64,000 bases of DNA from Eledone cirrhosa. Taxonomy: Eukaryota. The translations under genes were made by a program, and so were the position numbers. Positions 33,527-46,809 of this stretch are shown here, piece after piece; the stretch's first letter is position 1, and the number at the start of each line of letters is the position of its first letter. The notes beneath the pieces were generated by a model. That model was not told where the DNA came from and made no database searches. It saw only the letters and a program-made list of their open reading frames with translations. The stretch spans positions 37,200,001-37,264,000 of the forward strand of contig OZ024759.1 of assembly GCA_964016885.1 (NCBI GenBank), given 5' to 3'.

Positions 33527-34878
33527 AACGTATTAATAAAATAGGGAACAGATCCCATTTGACCGCTCCTTTTGTGTGTGTGGTGCATGCCACTGTGTGT
33601 GTGTGTATATATATATATGTGTGTGTGTGGATGTCTCTGGGAGTGTGCATATGTGTGTATATATGTACGAGTGTATTTGCGCATGTGTATGCATGTGTGT
33701 ATATTCATGTGTATATATGCATGTGTGTGTATATGCATGTGTATACATGTATGCATGTATATATGCATGTGTGTGTATATGCATGTGTATACATGTATGC
33801 ATGTATATGTGCATGTGTGTGTGTATATGCATGTGTATGCATGTGTGTGTATATGCATGTGTATACATGTATGCATGTGTGTGTGTATGCATGTGTGTGT
33901 ATATGCATGTGTGTGTATATGCATGTATGCATGTGTGTGTATGTGTTATAGATTCCCAGATTGTTCCAATCTTGTCAAAGAGGTCCAAATTAACATCACA
34001 AAGAACTTTCATTAGATTCTTCCTGAAAGTTCTACAAGAAACCATATTGAGATGAATATTGCCAGTATTAGTGGTTGTAATGATGTCAACAGAAAAATAG
34101 GGGATGGCAGGGGTTGGGGTTGGTAGTGTGAGGGTTGGGTGGGGGTTGGTAGTGTGAGGGTTGGGTGGGGGTGGGTAGTGTGAGGGTTGGGTGGGGTGGG
34201 GGTTGATAAAGAAACATAGAAGAGAATAACATAAAACAGAAGAATTAATAGCGACAACAACAAAAACAACAATAACAATAGCGAAATAGTACAACAACAA
34301 CAACAATTACAGTAACAACAATAACGTGGTAGAACACAACAGCGAAACAGTACAACAACAACAATAACAACAGTGAAATACTACAACAATGACAACAACA
34401 ACAACAAGGTAGTAAACAACAACAAACAATGATGATGATGATGATTGCAATGATAATAATAAGCAATCGGAAAGGATAAAGAAATTACACAGAACAATAA
34501 TAGTAATAATAATAACAATAATAATAGTAACAATAATGATGAAGGGTCCAGGAAAAAAAGTGCAAAACGAGACAAAATGAAAGACATAGTTGGGAGAATC
34601 GACACGTAGCCACGTGTGTGGACATGTGTATATACACATATATAGAGAGAGAGATATATTAGCATATACATACACACACAGATATACACATACGTATATA
34701 TATATATATATATATATAGGTTAAGGGACTGTCCGTTTTTCCCTTCTGTGTTCCCTGTTTTGGATATGTATATATATATATGTGTGTGTGTGTCCACAAA
34801 AAAGTACAAACGTTGAAATAGACCTCACACATTGATATAAGTACATACACTAATATAAACATTTACCTCCACACACGC

Positions 34879-34967
<89 letters not shown>

Positions 34968-35299
34968 AATACGCTACTACATACATACATTACATACATA
35001 CATACATTACATACATACATACATACACACACACATAGATGCAATAACATATATAGCCAATAAAACGCAGAAAAACGCCCTACAAAGACACACATATATA
35101 TATATTTATATGTATATATATACACACACATATACATAAACACATATACATATACACACATACACGTGTATTACAACCAATGACGCGTGGCGGCGCGCAT
35201 GTCGACATGAACGGCACACGTGCGTGTGTGACAAACATTATACTTTCTGGTGAAAGTCAAGAGTGAACTACTGATGACAATACAATGAGGGAACTATAA

Positions 35300-35975
35300 C
35301 ACTGCTGCTGCTGCTACTGCTACTACTGCTACTGTTACTACTGCTACTACTGCTACTGCTACTGCTGCTGCTACTGCTGCTACTGCTACTACTGCTACTA
35401 CTGCTACTGCTGCTACTACTACTACTGCTACTGCTACTACTGCTACTACTACTACTGTTACTACTGCTACTACTGCTGCTACTGCTACTACTGCTACTAC
35501 TACTGTTACTACTGTTACTACTGCTACTACTGCTACTACTGCTACTGCTGCTGCTACTGCTACTGTTACTGCTACTGCTACTACTGCTACTGCTACTACT
35601 GCTGCTACTACTGCTACTGTTACTGTTACTGCTACTACTACTACTGTTACTGCTACTACTACTACTACTACTACTGCTACTACTGCTACTGCTACTACTG
35701 CTGCTACTACTACTACTGTTACTGCTACTACTACTACTACTACTACTGCTACTGCTACTACTGCTGCTACTACTACTACTATTGATACTGCTACTGCTGC
35801 TGCTACTACTGTTACTACTACTACTACTGCTGCTGCTGCTACTACTGTTACTACTACTACTACTGCTACTACTACTACTACTGCTACTACTGTTACTACT
35901 GCTACTACTGCTACTGCTAATACTGCTGCTGCTGCTACTGCTACTACTACTGCTACTACTACTACTACTACTACC
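35300..35975. repeat. (CTA/CTG)n trinucleotide repeat
   Basis: Mixed cta/ctg/tta triplets, giving poly-Ser, poly-Val and poly-Leu ORF artefacts. Confidence 0.95.
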
Positions 35976-36100
35976 ATCATCACCACATTCACTACTACCA
36001 CCACCACATTCACTACCACCACTACCACTATCTCTATATGATGCACGTTTTACCATCAACATCCTTGGAACACCATCGCCAATGACAACAAGAACACCAG

Positions 36101-36270
36101 GTTCTACTTTTGGCACAAGGCCAGCAATTACCCCAGTTCATTACTGGTACTTTATTTTGTCGACTCCGTAAGGATGAACGACAAAGCTAACCTCGGCGGG
36201 ATTTGAACTCAGAACGTAAAGGGCCGTAACTCTATGTTGCGAAGCATGTTGTCCGATGCTCTACCGATCT
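36101..36270 (-). mobile_element. tRNA-derived SINE (family A), reverse orientation
   Basis: Reverse complement of the 18137-18320 element: ggatttgaactcaga (B-box), actggtactttattttgtcgac, ttctacttttggcacaaggccagcaatt. Confidence 0.85.
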
Positions 36271-36308
36271 AAATAATAATGTTAAACTAACGATAACAAC
36301 AACAACAG

Positions 36309-39300
36309 GTGTAATAGTGTGATGGAGAACAAGAACAACAACAGTTGTAATAGTGTGATGGAGAATAACAACAGTTGTAATAGTGTGATGGAGAACAAGA
36401 ACAGTTGTAATAGTGTGATGGAGAATAACAACAACAGTTGTAATAGTGTGATGGAGAACAACAGTTGTAATAGTGTGATGGAGAACAACAACAGTTGTAA
36501 TAGTGTGATGGAGAACAACAACAGTTGTAATAGTGTGATGGAGAACAACAGTTGTAATAGTGTGATGGAGAACAACAACAGTTGTAATAGTGTGATGGAG
36601 AATAACAACAACAGTTGTAATAGTGTGATGGAGAACAAGAACAACAACAGTTGTAATAGTGTGATGGAGAACAACAACAACAGTTGTAATAGTGTGATGG
36701 AGAATAACAACAACAGTTGTAATAGTGTGATGGAGAATAACAACAACAGTTGTAATAGTGTGATGGAGAACAACAGTTGTAATAGTGTGATGGAGAACAA
36801 GAACAACAACAGTTGTAATAGTGTGATGGAGAATAACAACAACAGTTGTAATAGTGTGATGGAGAATAACAACAGTTGTAATAGTGTGATGGAGAATAAC
36901 AACAACAGTTGTAATAGTGTGATGGAGAACAAGAACAACAACAGTTGTAATAGTGTGATGGAGAACAACAACAGTTGTAATAGTGTGATGGAGAACAACA
37001 ACAGTTGTAATAGTGTGATGGAGAATAACAACAACAGTTGTAATAGTGTGATGGAGAACAAGAACAACAACAGTTGTAATAGTGTGATGGAGAATAACAA
37101 CAGTTGTAATAGTGTGATGGAGAACAACAACAGTTGTAATAGTGTGATGGAGAACAACAACAGTTGTAATAGTGTGATGGAGAACAACAACAGTTGTAAT
37201 AGTGTGATGGAGAATAACAGTTGTAATAGTGTGATGGAGAACAACAACAGTTGTAATAGTGTGATGGAGAACAACAACAGTTGTAATAGTGTGATGGAGA
37301 ACAACAACAGTTGTAATAGTGTGATGGAGAACAACAACAGTTGTAATAGTGTGATGGAGAATAACAGTTGTAATAGTGTGATGGAGAACAACAACAGTTG
37401 TAATAGTGTGATGGAGAACAACAACAGTTGTAATAGTGTGATGGAGAACAACAACAGTTGTAATAGTGTGATGGAGAATAACAGTTGTAATAGTGTGATG
37501 GAGAACAACAGTTGTAATAGTGTGATGGAGAACAACAGTTGTAATAGTGTGATGGAGAACAACAACAGTTGTAATAGTGTGATGGAGAATAACAACAGTT
37601 GTAATAGTGTGATGGAGAACAACAACAGTTGTAATAGTGTGATGGAGAACAACAACAGTTGTAATAGTGTGATGGAGAACAACAACAGTTGTAATAGTGT
37701 GATGGAGAACAACAGTTGTAATAGTGTGATGGAGAACAACAACAGTTGTAATAGTGTGATGGAGAATAACAGTTGTAATAGTGTGATGGAGAACAACAGT
37801 TGTAATAGTGTGATGGAGAACAACAGTTGTAATAGTGTGATGGAGAACAACAACAGTTGTAATAGTGTGATGGAGAACAACAGTTGTAATAGTGTGATGG
37901 AGAACAACAACAGTTGTAATAGTGTGATGGAGAACAACAACAGTTGTAATAGTGTGATGGAGAACAACAACAGTTGTAATAGTGTGATGGAGAACAACAA
38001 CAGTTGTAATAGTGTGATGGAGAACAACAACAGTTGTAATAGTGTGATGGAGAATAACAGTTGTAATAGTGTGATGGAGAACAACAGTTGTAATAGTGTG
38101 ATGGAGAACAACAGTTGTAATAGTGTGATGGAGAACAACAACAGTTGTAATAGTGTGATGGAGAATAACAACAGTTGTAATAGTGTGATGGAGAACAACA
38201 ACAGTTGTAATAGTGTGATGGAGAACAACAACAGTTGTAATAGTGTGATGGAGAACAACAACAGTTGTAATAGTGTGATGGAGAACAACAACAGTTGTAA
38301 TAGTGTGATGGAGAACAACAACAGTTGTAATAGTGTGATGGAGAATAACAGTTGTAATAGTGTGATGGAGAACAACAGTTGTAATAGTGTGATGGAGAAC
38401 AACAGTTGTAATAGTGTGATGGAGAACAACAGTTGTAATAGTGTGATGGAGAACAACAGTTGTAATAGTGTGATGGAGAACAACAGTTGTAATAGTGTGA
38501 TGGAGAACAACAGTTGTAATAGTGTGATGGAGAACAACAGTTGTAATAGTGTGATGGAGAACAACAGTTGTAATAGTGTGATGGAGAACAACAGTTGTAA
38601 TAGTGTGATGGAGAACAACAGTTGTAATAGTGTGATGGAGAACAACAACAGTTGTAATAGTGTGATGGAGAACAACAGTTGTAATAGTGTGATGGAGAAC
38701 AACAACAGTTGTAATAGTGTGATGGAGAACAACAGTTGTAATAGTGTGATGGAGAACAACAACAGTTGTAATAGTGTGATGGAGAACAACAACAGTTGTA
38801 ATAGTGTGATGGAGAACAACAGTTGTAATAGTGTGATGGAGAACAACAACAGTTGTAATAGTGTGATGGAGAACAACAACAGTTGTAATAGTGTGATGGA
38901 GAACAACAGTTGTAATAGTGTGATGGAGAACAACAACAGTTGTAATAGTGTGATGGAGAACAACAGTTGTAATAGTGTGATGGAGAACAACAACAGTTGT
39001 AATAGTGTGATGGAGAACAACAGTTGTAATAGTGTGATGGAGAACAACAACAGTTGTAATAGTGTGATGGAGAACAACAACAGTTGTAATAGTGTGATGG
39101 AGAACAACAGTTGTAATAGTGTGATGGAGAACAACAACAGTTGTAATAGTGTGATGGAGAACAACAACAGTTGTAATAGTGTGATGGAGAACAACAGTTG
39201 TAATAGTGTGATGGAGAACAACAGTTGTAATAGTGTGATGGAGAACAACAACAGTTGTAATAGTGTGATGGAGAACAACAGTTGTAATAGTGTGATGGAG

Positions 39301-42300
39301 AACAACAGTTGTAATAGTGTGATGGAGAACAACAACAGTTGTAATAGTGTGATGGAGAACAACAGTTGTAATAGTGTGATGGAGAACAACAACAGTTGTA
39401 ATAGTGTGATGGAGAACAACAACAGTTGTAATAGTGTGATGGAGAACAACAACAGTTGTAATAGTGTGATGGAGAACAACAACAGTTGTAATAGTGTGAT
39501 GGAGAACAACAGTTGTAATAGTGTGATGGAGAACAACAACAGTTGTAATAGTGTGATGGAGAACAACAGTTGTAATAGTGTGATGGAGAACAACAGTTGT
39601 AATAGTGTGATGGAGAACAACAGTTGTAATAGTGTGATGGAGAACAACAACAGTTGTAATAGTGTGATGGAGAACAACAGTTGTAATAGTGTGATGGAGA
39701 ACAACAACAGTTGTAATAGTGTGATGGAGAACAACAGTTGTAATAGTGTGATGGAGAACAACAACAGTTGTAATAGTGTGATGGAGAACAACAGTTGTAA
39801 TAGTGTGATGGAGAACAACAGTTGTAATAGTGTGATGGAGAACAACAACAGTTGTAATAGTGTGATGGAGAACAACAGTTGTAATAGTGTGATGGAGAAC
39901 AACAGTTGTAATAGTGTGATGGAGAACAACAACAGTTGTAATAGTGTGATGGAGAACAACAGTTGTAATAGTGTGATGGAGAACAACAACAGTTGTAATA
40001 GTGTGATGGAGAACAACAACAGTTGTAATAGTGTGATGGAGAACAACAACAGTTGTAATAGTGTGATGGAGAACAACAACAGTTGTAATAGTGTGATGGA
40101 GAACAACAGTTGTAATAGTGTGATGGAGAACAACAACAGTTGTAATAGTGTGATGGAGAACAACAGTTGTAATAGTGTGATGGAGAACAACAGTTGTAAT
40201 AGTGTGATGGAGAACAACAGTTGTAATAGTGTGATGGAGAACAACAACAGTTGTAATAGTGTGATGGAGAACAACAGTTGTAATAGTGTGATGGAGAACA
40301 ACAACAGTTGTAATAGTGTGATGGAGAACAACAGTTGTAATAGTGTGATGGAGAACAACAACAGTTGTAATAGTGTGATGGAGAACAACAGTTGTAATAG
40401 TGTGATGGAGAACAACAGTTGTAATAGTGTGATGGAGAACAACAACAGTTGTAATAGTGTGATGGAGAACAACAGTTGTAATAGTGTGATGGAGAACAAC
40501 AACAGTTGTAATAGTGTGATGGAGAACAACAGTTGTAATAGTGTGATGGAGAACAACAACAGTTGTAATAGTGTGATGGAGAACAACAGTTGTAATAGTG
40601 TGATGGAGAACAACAACAGTTGTAATAGTGTGATGGAGAACAACAGTTGTAATAGTGTGATGGAGAACAACAACAGTTGTAATAGTGTGATGGAGAACAA
40701 CAGTTGTAATAGTGTGATGGAGAACAACAACAGTTGTAATAGTGTGATGGAGAACAACAGTTGTAATAGTGTGATGGAGAACAACAGTTGTAATAGTGTG
40801 ATGGAGAACAACAACAGTTGTAATAGTGTGATGGAGAACAACAGTTGTAATAGTGTGATGGAGAACAACAACAGTTGTAATAGTGTGATGGAGAACAACA
40901 ACAGTTGTAATAGTGTGATGGAGAACAACAACAGTTGTAATAGTGTGATGGAGAACAACAACAGTTGTAATAGTGTGATGGAGAACAACAGTTGTAATAG
41001 TGTGATGGAGAACAACAACAGTTGTAATAGTGTGATGGAGAACAACAGTTGTAATAGTGTGATGGAGAACAACAGTTGTAATAGTGTGATGGAGAACAAC
41101 AGTTGTAATAGTGTGATGGAGAACAACAACAGTTGTAATAGTGTGATGGAGAACAACAGTTGTAATAGTGTGATGGAGAACAACAACAGTTGTAATAGTG
41201 TGATGGAGAACAACAGTTGTAATAGTGTGATGGAGAACAACAACAGTTGTAATAGTGTGATGGAGAACAACAGTTGTAATAGTGTGATGGAGAACAACAG
41301 TTGTAATAGTGTGATGGAGAACAACAACAGTTGTAATAGTGTGATGGAGAACAACAGTTGTAATAGTGTGATGGAGAACAACAACAGTTGTAATAGTGTG
41401 ATGGAGAACAACAGTTGTAATAGTGTGATGGAGAACAACAACAGTTGTAATAGTGTGATGGAGAACAACAGTTGTAATAGTGTGATGGAGAACAACAACA
41501 GTTGTAATAGTGTGATGGAGAACAACAGTTGTAATAGTGTGATGGAGAACAACAACAGTTGTAATAGTGTGATGGAGAACAACAGTTGTAATAGTGTGAT
41601 GGAGAACAACAGTTGTAATAGTGTGATGGAGAACAACAACAGTTGTAATAGTGTGATGGAGAACAACAGTTGTAATAGTGTGATGGAGAACAACAACAGT
41701 TGTAATAGTGTGATGGAGAACAACAGTTGTAATAGTGTGATGGAGAACAACAGTTGTAATAGTGTGATGGAGAACAACAACAGTTGTAATAGTGTGATGG
41801 AGAACAACAGTTGTAATAGTGTGATGGAGAACAACAGTTGTAATAGTGTGATGGAGAACAACAGTTGTAATAGTGTGATGGAGAACAACAACAGTTGTAA
41901 TAGTGTGATGGAGAACAACAGTTGTAATAGTGTGATGGAGAACAACAACAGTTGTAATAGTGTGATGGAGAACAACAGTTGTAATAGTGTGATGGAGAAC
42001 AACAGTTGTAATAGTGTGATGGAGAACAACAACAGTTGTAATAGTGTGATGGAGAACAACAGTTGTAATAGTGTGATGGAGAACAACAACAGTTGTAATA
42101 GTGTGATGGAGAACAACAGTTGTAATAGTGTGATGGAGAACAACAGTTGTAATAGTGTGATGGAGAACAACAACAGTTGTAATAGTGTGATGGAGAACAA
42201 CAGTTGTAATAGTGTGATGGAGAACAACAACAGTTGTAATAGTGTGATGGAGAACAACAACAGTTGTAATAGTGTGATGGAGAACAACAGTTGTAATAGT

Positions 42301-42965
42301 GTGATGGAGAACAACAACAGTTGTAATAGTGTGATGGAGAACAACAGTTGTAATAGTGTGATGGAGAACAACAGTTGTAATAGTGTGATGGAGAACAACA
42401 GTTGTAATAGTGTGATGGAGAACAACAGTTGTAATAGTGTGATGGAGAACAACAACAGTTGTAATAGTGTGATGGAGAACAACAACAGTTGTAATAGTGT
42501 GATGGAGAACAACAGTTGTAATAGTGTGATGGAGAACAACAGTTGTAATAGTGTGATGGAGAACAACAGTTGTAATAGTGTGATGGAGAACAACAGTTGT
42601 AATAGTGTGATGGAGAACAACAGTTGTAATAGTGTGATGGAGAACAACAGTTGTAATAGTGTGATGGAGAACAACAACAGTTGTAATAGTGTGATGGAGA
42701 ACAACAACAGTTGTAATAGTGTGATGGAGAACAACAACAGTTGTAATAGTGTGATGGAGAACAACAGTTGTAATAGTGTGATGGAGAACAACAGTTGTAA
42801 TAGTGTGATGGAGAACAACAACAGTTGTAATAGTGTGATGGAGAACAACAGTTGTAATAGTGTGATGGAGAACAACAGTTGTAATAGTGTGATGGAGAAC
42901 AACAGTTGTAATAGTGTGATGGAGAACAAGAACGATAACAACAACAATCTTGTGATGGAGAACAA
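36309..42965. repeat. Giant minisatellite, unit AGTTGTAATAGTGTGATGGAG(AAC)2-3 (27/30 bp), roughly 230 copies
   Basis: Directly visible tandem array. Unit lengths are multiples of 3, which explains the >2200-aa ORFs on both strands. Confidence 0.97.
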
Positions 42966-43749
42966 GAAGGTCAATTGATAGGAGATACGTAACAGTCCCA
43001 ATAGAGTGTGACAACAGTAACAGCAACAATAGTAACAACAACAGTTAGAACAACAACAGTAACAACTATAACAACAACAACAATAGTAACAACAACAACA
43101 ACAATAGTAACAACAACAACAATAGTAACAACAACAACAATAGTAACAACAACAACAACAATAGTAACAACAACAACAAACTCAATAAACTGTGACAACT
43201 TGAAATTGTCTTAAAAAGTAATTTAAACACTTTCCAAATAGATAGAAATAGAATGTTTAAATTTGGTGAGAATTTTGAGAAGATGGTGGTGGTGACAGTG
43301 GTGGTAGAGATGGTGGTAGTGGTGGTGACAGTGGTGGTAGAGATGGTGGTAGTGGTGGTGGTGGTGACAGTGGTGGTAGAGGTGGTGGTGGTGGTAGAGG
43401 TGGTGGTGGTGGTGGTGGTGGAGGTGGTGGTTGGGTGGTCATCGTGATGGTCGTGATCATGGTTGTGGTGGTGGTGGTGGTGGTGGTCATGGTAGTAGTG
43501 GTAGAAGTTGGTGTGGTTTTGGTGGGGGTCGGGTATGACCGCTTTAATGGACGTAGATTTTGGAAGACGAGAGGCGAGGGTGGGGTGAGATAAAATGAGA
43601 ATCTAGCTCGCAGGCCTCAACTGACCGGCGTTCTCTCTCTCTCTCTCTATCTATCTATCTCTCTCTATCTATCTCATACACACACATACGTTTCTCGCTC
43701 TATCTGTCTGTCTGTCTGTCTCTCTGTTATGTTTGTATATATGTAGATA

Positions 43750-43772
43750 TATACAGGTTGGTCAACCAAGAG

Positions 43773-43805
<33 letters not shown>

Positions 43806-44060
43806 CACAGGTTGGTCAAGAGAGGTGTGTGTGTGTGTCAGTGTATGTATATATATATATACACAGGTTGGTCAAGAGAGGTGTGTGTGTGTGTCAGTGT
43901 ATGTATATATATATACACAGGTTGGTCAAGAGAGGTGTGTGTGTGTGTGTGTGTGTATGAGTGTATGTATATATATATATATACACAGGTTGGTCAAGAG
44001 AGGTGTGTGTGTGTATGAGTGTATGTATATATATATACACAGGTTGGTCAAGAGAGGTGT
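43750..44060. repeat. Compound minisatellite, 6 units of cacaggttggtcaagagagg + (TG)n + (TA)n
   Basis: The core caggttggtcaa(gag)agg recurs at about 43754, 43808, 43864, 43918, 43986 and 44040, with variable microsatellite spacers. Confidence 0.9.
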
Positions 44061-44952
44061 GCTAGAAATAGAGGCTGGTCAAAGTAACATGTTTGTAACT
44101 ACGTTAGAGAATGTTATAAATCACAATAGCATTAAGCGAACTTTTGATTGGCTTGTCTAGCGGAGCCAGTGGCGCCACCATTTCACGTCTCTACTAAATC
44201 TTCATTGCTTTCCCCTTCAACATCCTCTCTCTCTCTCTCTCTCTCTTCGCCCTTTCTTTTACCATCTCTCTTCCCAATCCTCTTTTCACTCTCTGTCTCT
44301 CTCCTTCTCCCATTTATCTGCCTTCTCTCTCTCTCGCCATCTTTCTTTCTATTTACTCCTATTTTCGTTATGCTCTTCACTCTCTCTTTCACTTTCTCTA
44401 CTTTCACTTTCACTCTCCAGATTTCCCGCTCAATTTCCATCTCTCTACGACGATCACTTTAACAGTTCTATGTTTGTATAATTAACTTACACTTCCGGTT
44501 TCGTCATTACAATCAACCATTCTTGATGGATGTTTATTTTATTTTCTTCTGTTTTCACGTTTTCTTTTTCTCCTTCCTTCTTTTTCTTTTTACTTCCGTT
44601 GGTTCAACTAGTTATTTCCGTCAACAACAACACCTTCTTCTTCTTTTTCTTTTTCATTTTCTTTTTCATTTTCTTTTTCTTTTTCTTCTTCTTCTTCAGC
44701 GTATCACCCACTTCCTTTTCCTTCTTTTTCCTCTTCATCATCCAGTCCTACCCGCCATCATAATCATGTTGATCGTCCTCATCCTTTGGTCAACGATTAG
44801 GAAGAGGATGTTATGGTTGTTACTGTAAATTAGATGAGAAAACACGGACGCTACCGAGTACCATTCTAATTTACCTGGGACTCTCCAAGTCTCTTCCTAA
44901 CCCTCCATCCTCTCTCTCTATCTATCTGTTTTCCTATCTATCTACCTACCAG

Positions 44953-44997
<45 letters not shown>

Positions 44998-45441
44998 AAA
45001 AGGTTCAGGACCCCGACGGCTGAGCTCAAGCCGTTTCGACGGCTATTTCTGGACTGGTCCACCTGGTTTCTTACCACACTTCCTTCGTTATATATATATA
45101 TGTGTGTGTGAATTTGTGTTTAAACATACATGGTTGGTGTTGTTGTTGTTGATGTCGTCTGCCCCTATACCTGTATATAAAGGCACTGGTTTTAAATCAA
45201 AATATCTCCCTCCTCTCCCTCTCCCACCTTCTCTCTCTCTCACTTTCTCTGTCTCTCTCCCTCTCTCTCTCTATCTATCTACCACCTCTCCCTCCTCTCC
45301 CCCTCTCCTCCTCCGTCAGTCTTCTACAATAAACCGCCATTATTGTTGTTTAACCCTTTTCTTTGCACCTAATTAACCTTCTTAGTCTTTCAGTTTTTTT
45401 TTGTCTTTCCATGAAGTTCTGAAAGAATTGACGCAAAAATA

Positions 45442-45480
<39 letters not shown>

Positions 45481-45779
45481 CAGACAATACATACATACAT
45501 ACATATATACATATACATACATACATACATATACACACATTAGCACATTAAAGAAACGTGTATGTGTGTGTGTGCGTGTGTATACACATATATTCATATT
45601 CATATATATAGAGAGGTACATCGATACGCGTGTACGTACATATATATATGTACACTGCATACATACATATATATATATATATGTGTATATATATTTATAT
45701 ATGTATGTGCCTATATATATTTATATATGCAAGTGTGTTTATGCGTCTGTTTATTTATATATATATATATGCATGTATA

Positions 45780-45881
<102 letters not shown>

Positions 45882-46195
45882 ACAACTAAAAAAACAAAAG
45901 CCAGCCTCCATTTGGTATTTCTATTTTTTTTCTTATCTTCCTAGATAAGGTATTGAATCTATTCTGTTTAGTCAGGATTTAGCTGCAAGGTTCTCTCCCC
46001 CTTGTTTTGGCTTTTTCTTTCTGCTATTATTATATTTTATTGGAGGTATTTTCTTTTTTCTCCCTCTCACTCTTCCCCCTTCTATCTTTATGCAGTTTGT
46101 TGCCATTTTGACGAGTAATTTTCTGGTTTGTTGTTTTCTTCTTATTCTTTGCCTTCTTCTTCTTCTTCTTCTTATTATTATTATTATTATTAATA

Positions 46196-46396
46196 TAATC
46201 GATTTTCCCCTCCCCCCAAATTGCTGGCCTTGTGCCTAAATCAGAAACTATTATTATTATTACTGCCATTAACATGGCCATCATCATTAGTATCATCAAC
46301 TTTGCCTTTCATCCTTACGGGGTCGATAAAATAAAGTACCAGTAATACACTGGGATAATTACTGGCCTTGTGCCAAAAGTAGAAACAATTATTATT
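46196..46396 (+). mobile_element. Two 3' fragments of SINE family A
   Basis: 46196-46255 reads ...aaattgctggccttgtgcctaaatcagaaactattatt. 46298-46396 is nearly identical to 18225-18320. Confidence 0.8.
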
Positions 46397-46431
46397 GTTA
46401 TTATTATTTTCATTAGGGAAACCTACCAGTC

Positions 46432-46483
46432 GGCTTTCCTGATGATTTCCTTCGAATGAAACAGTTCTAGTCCTGTAGAAGCC
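46432..46483 (+). ncRNA. Candidate type I hammerhead ribozyme (family H, single arm)
   Basis: GGCUUUC-CUGAUGA(46439-46445)-U UUC CUUC GAA U-GAAA(46458-46461)-CAG UUCUAGUC CUG-UA^-GAAGCC. All conserved core nucleotides are present. Stem III is CAG/CUG, stem I is GGCUU(U)C/GAAGCC, the cleavage triplet is GUA. The first pair of stem II is a non-canonical U-U. Confidence 0.6.
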
Positions 46484-46629
46484 ATTTCTTTATTTAAATA
46501 TATATATATATATAATATATATATATATATATCTACAGTCGATCGACATTCGTCAAATCGGACCTAGGAAACAATGTTTCCATTGGTTTTTCCAGTTGCT
46601 AATACTATCTATGGGTCGTAACTCCATGT

Positions 46630-46751
46630 AAAAGGAGCAACGTGAAATAAAGTGTCTTGCTCAAGGACATAACACATCTCCCGATCTGGGAATCGAACTC
46701 ACAACCTCACGATTTCGACTCCAATTCTTTAACCACTCAACCACGCGCCTT
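46630..46751 (-). mobile_element. tRNA-derived SINE with CORE-like domain (family B), 5' part
   Basis: Minus strand: A-box region aggcgcgtggttgagtggttaaag, B-box gagttcgattccc, then gtccttgagcaagacactttatttcac, which resembles the CORE-SINE motif ccttgggcaagtcactt. Confidence 0.7.
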
Positions 46752-46759
46752 CACACACA

Positions 46760-46809
<50 letters not shown>

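Noticed and set aside
35268-36116. Poly-Ser ORF (282 aa) and similar poly-Thr/His/Asp ORFs (13700-14191, 21758-22531)
   Set aside because: These are trinucleotide repeats with no splice signals or unique coding context.
36309-42965. CRISPR-like repeat-spacer appearance
   Set aside because: The 'spacers' are only 2-3 AAC triplets rather than unique sequences. There are no cas genes and the context is eukaryotic.
36232-43041. Three >2200-aa ORFs (MENNSCNSV / LHHTITTVV / FSITLLQLL repeats)
   Set aside because: They arise from a stop-free minisatellite whose units are multiples of 3. Frames are open on both strands, there is no synonymous variation, and the array lies within an intron.
43750-44060. 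Constant repeat with variable spacers (CRISPR-like)
   Set aside because: The spacers are (TG)n/(TA)n length variants of one unit, which makes this a compound minisatellite.
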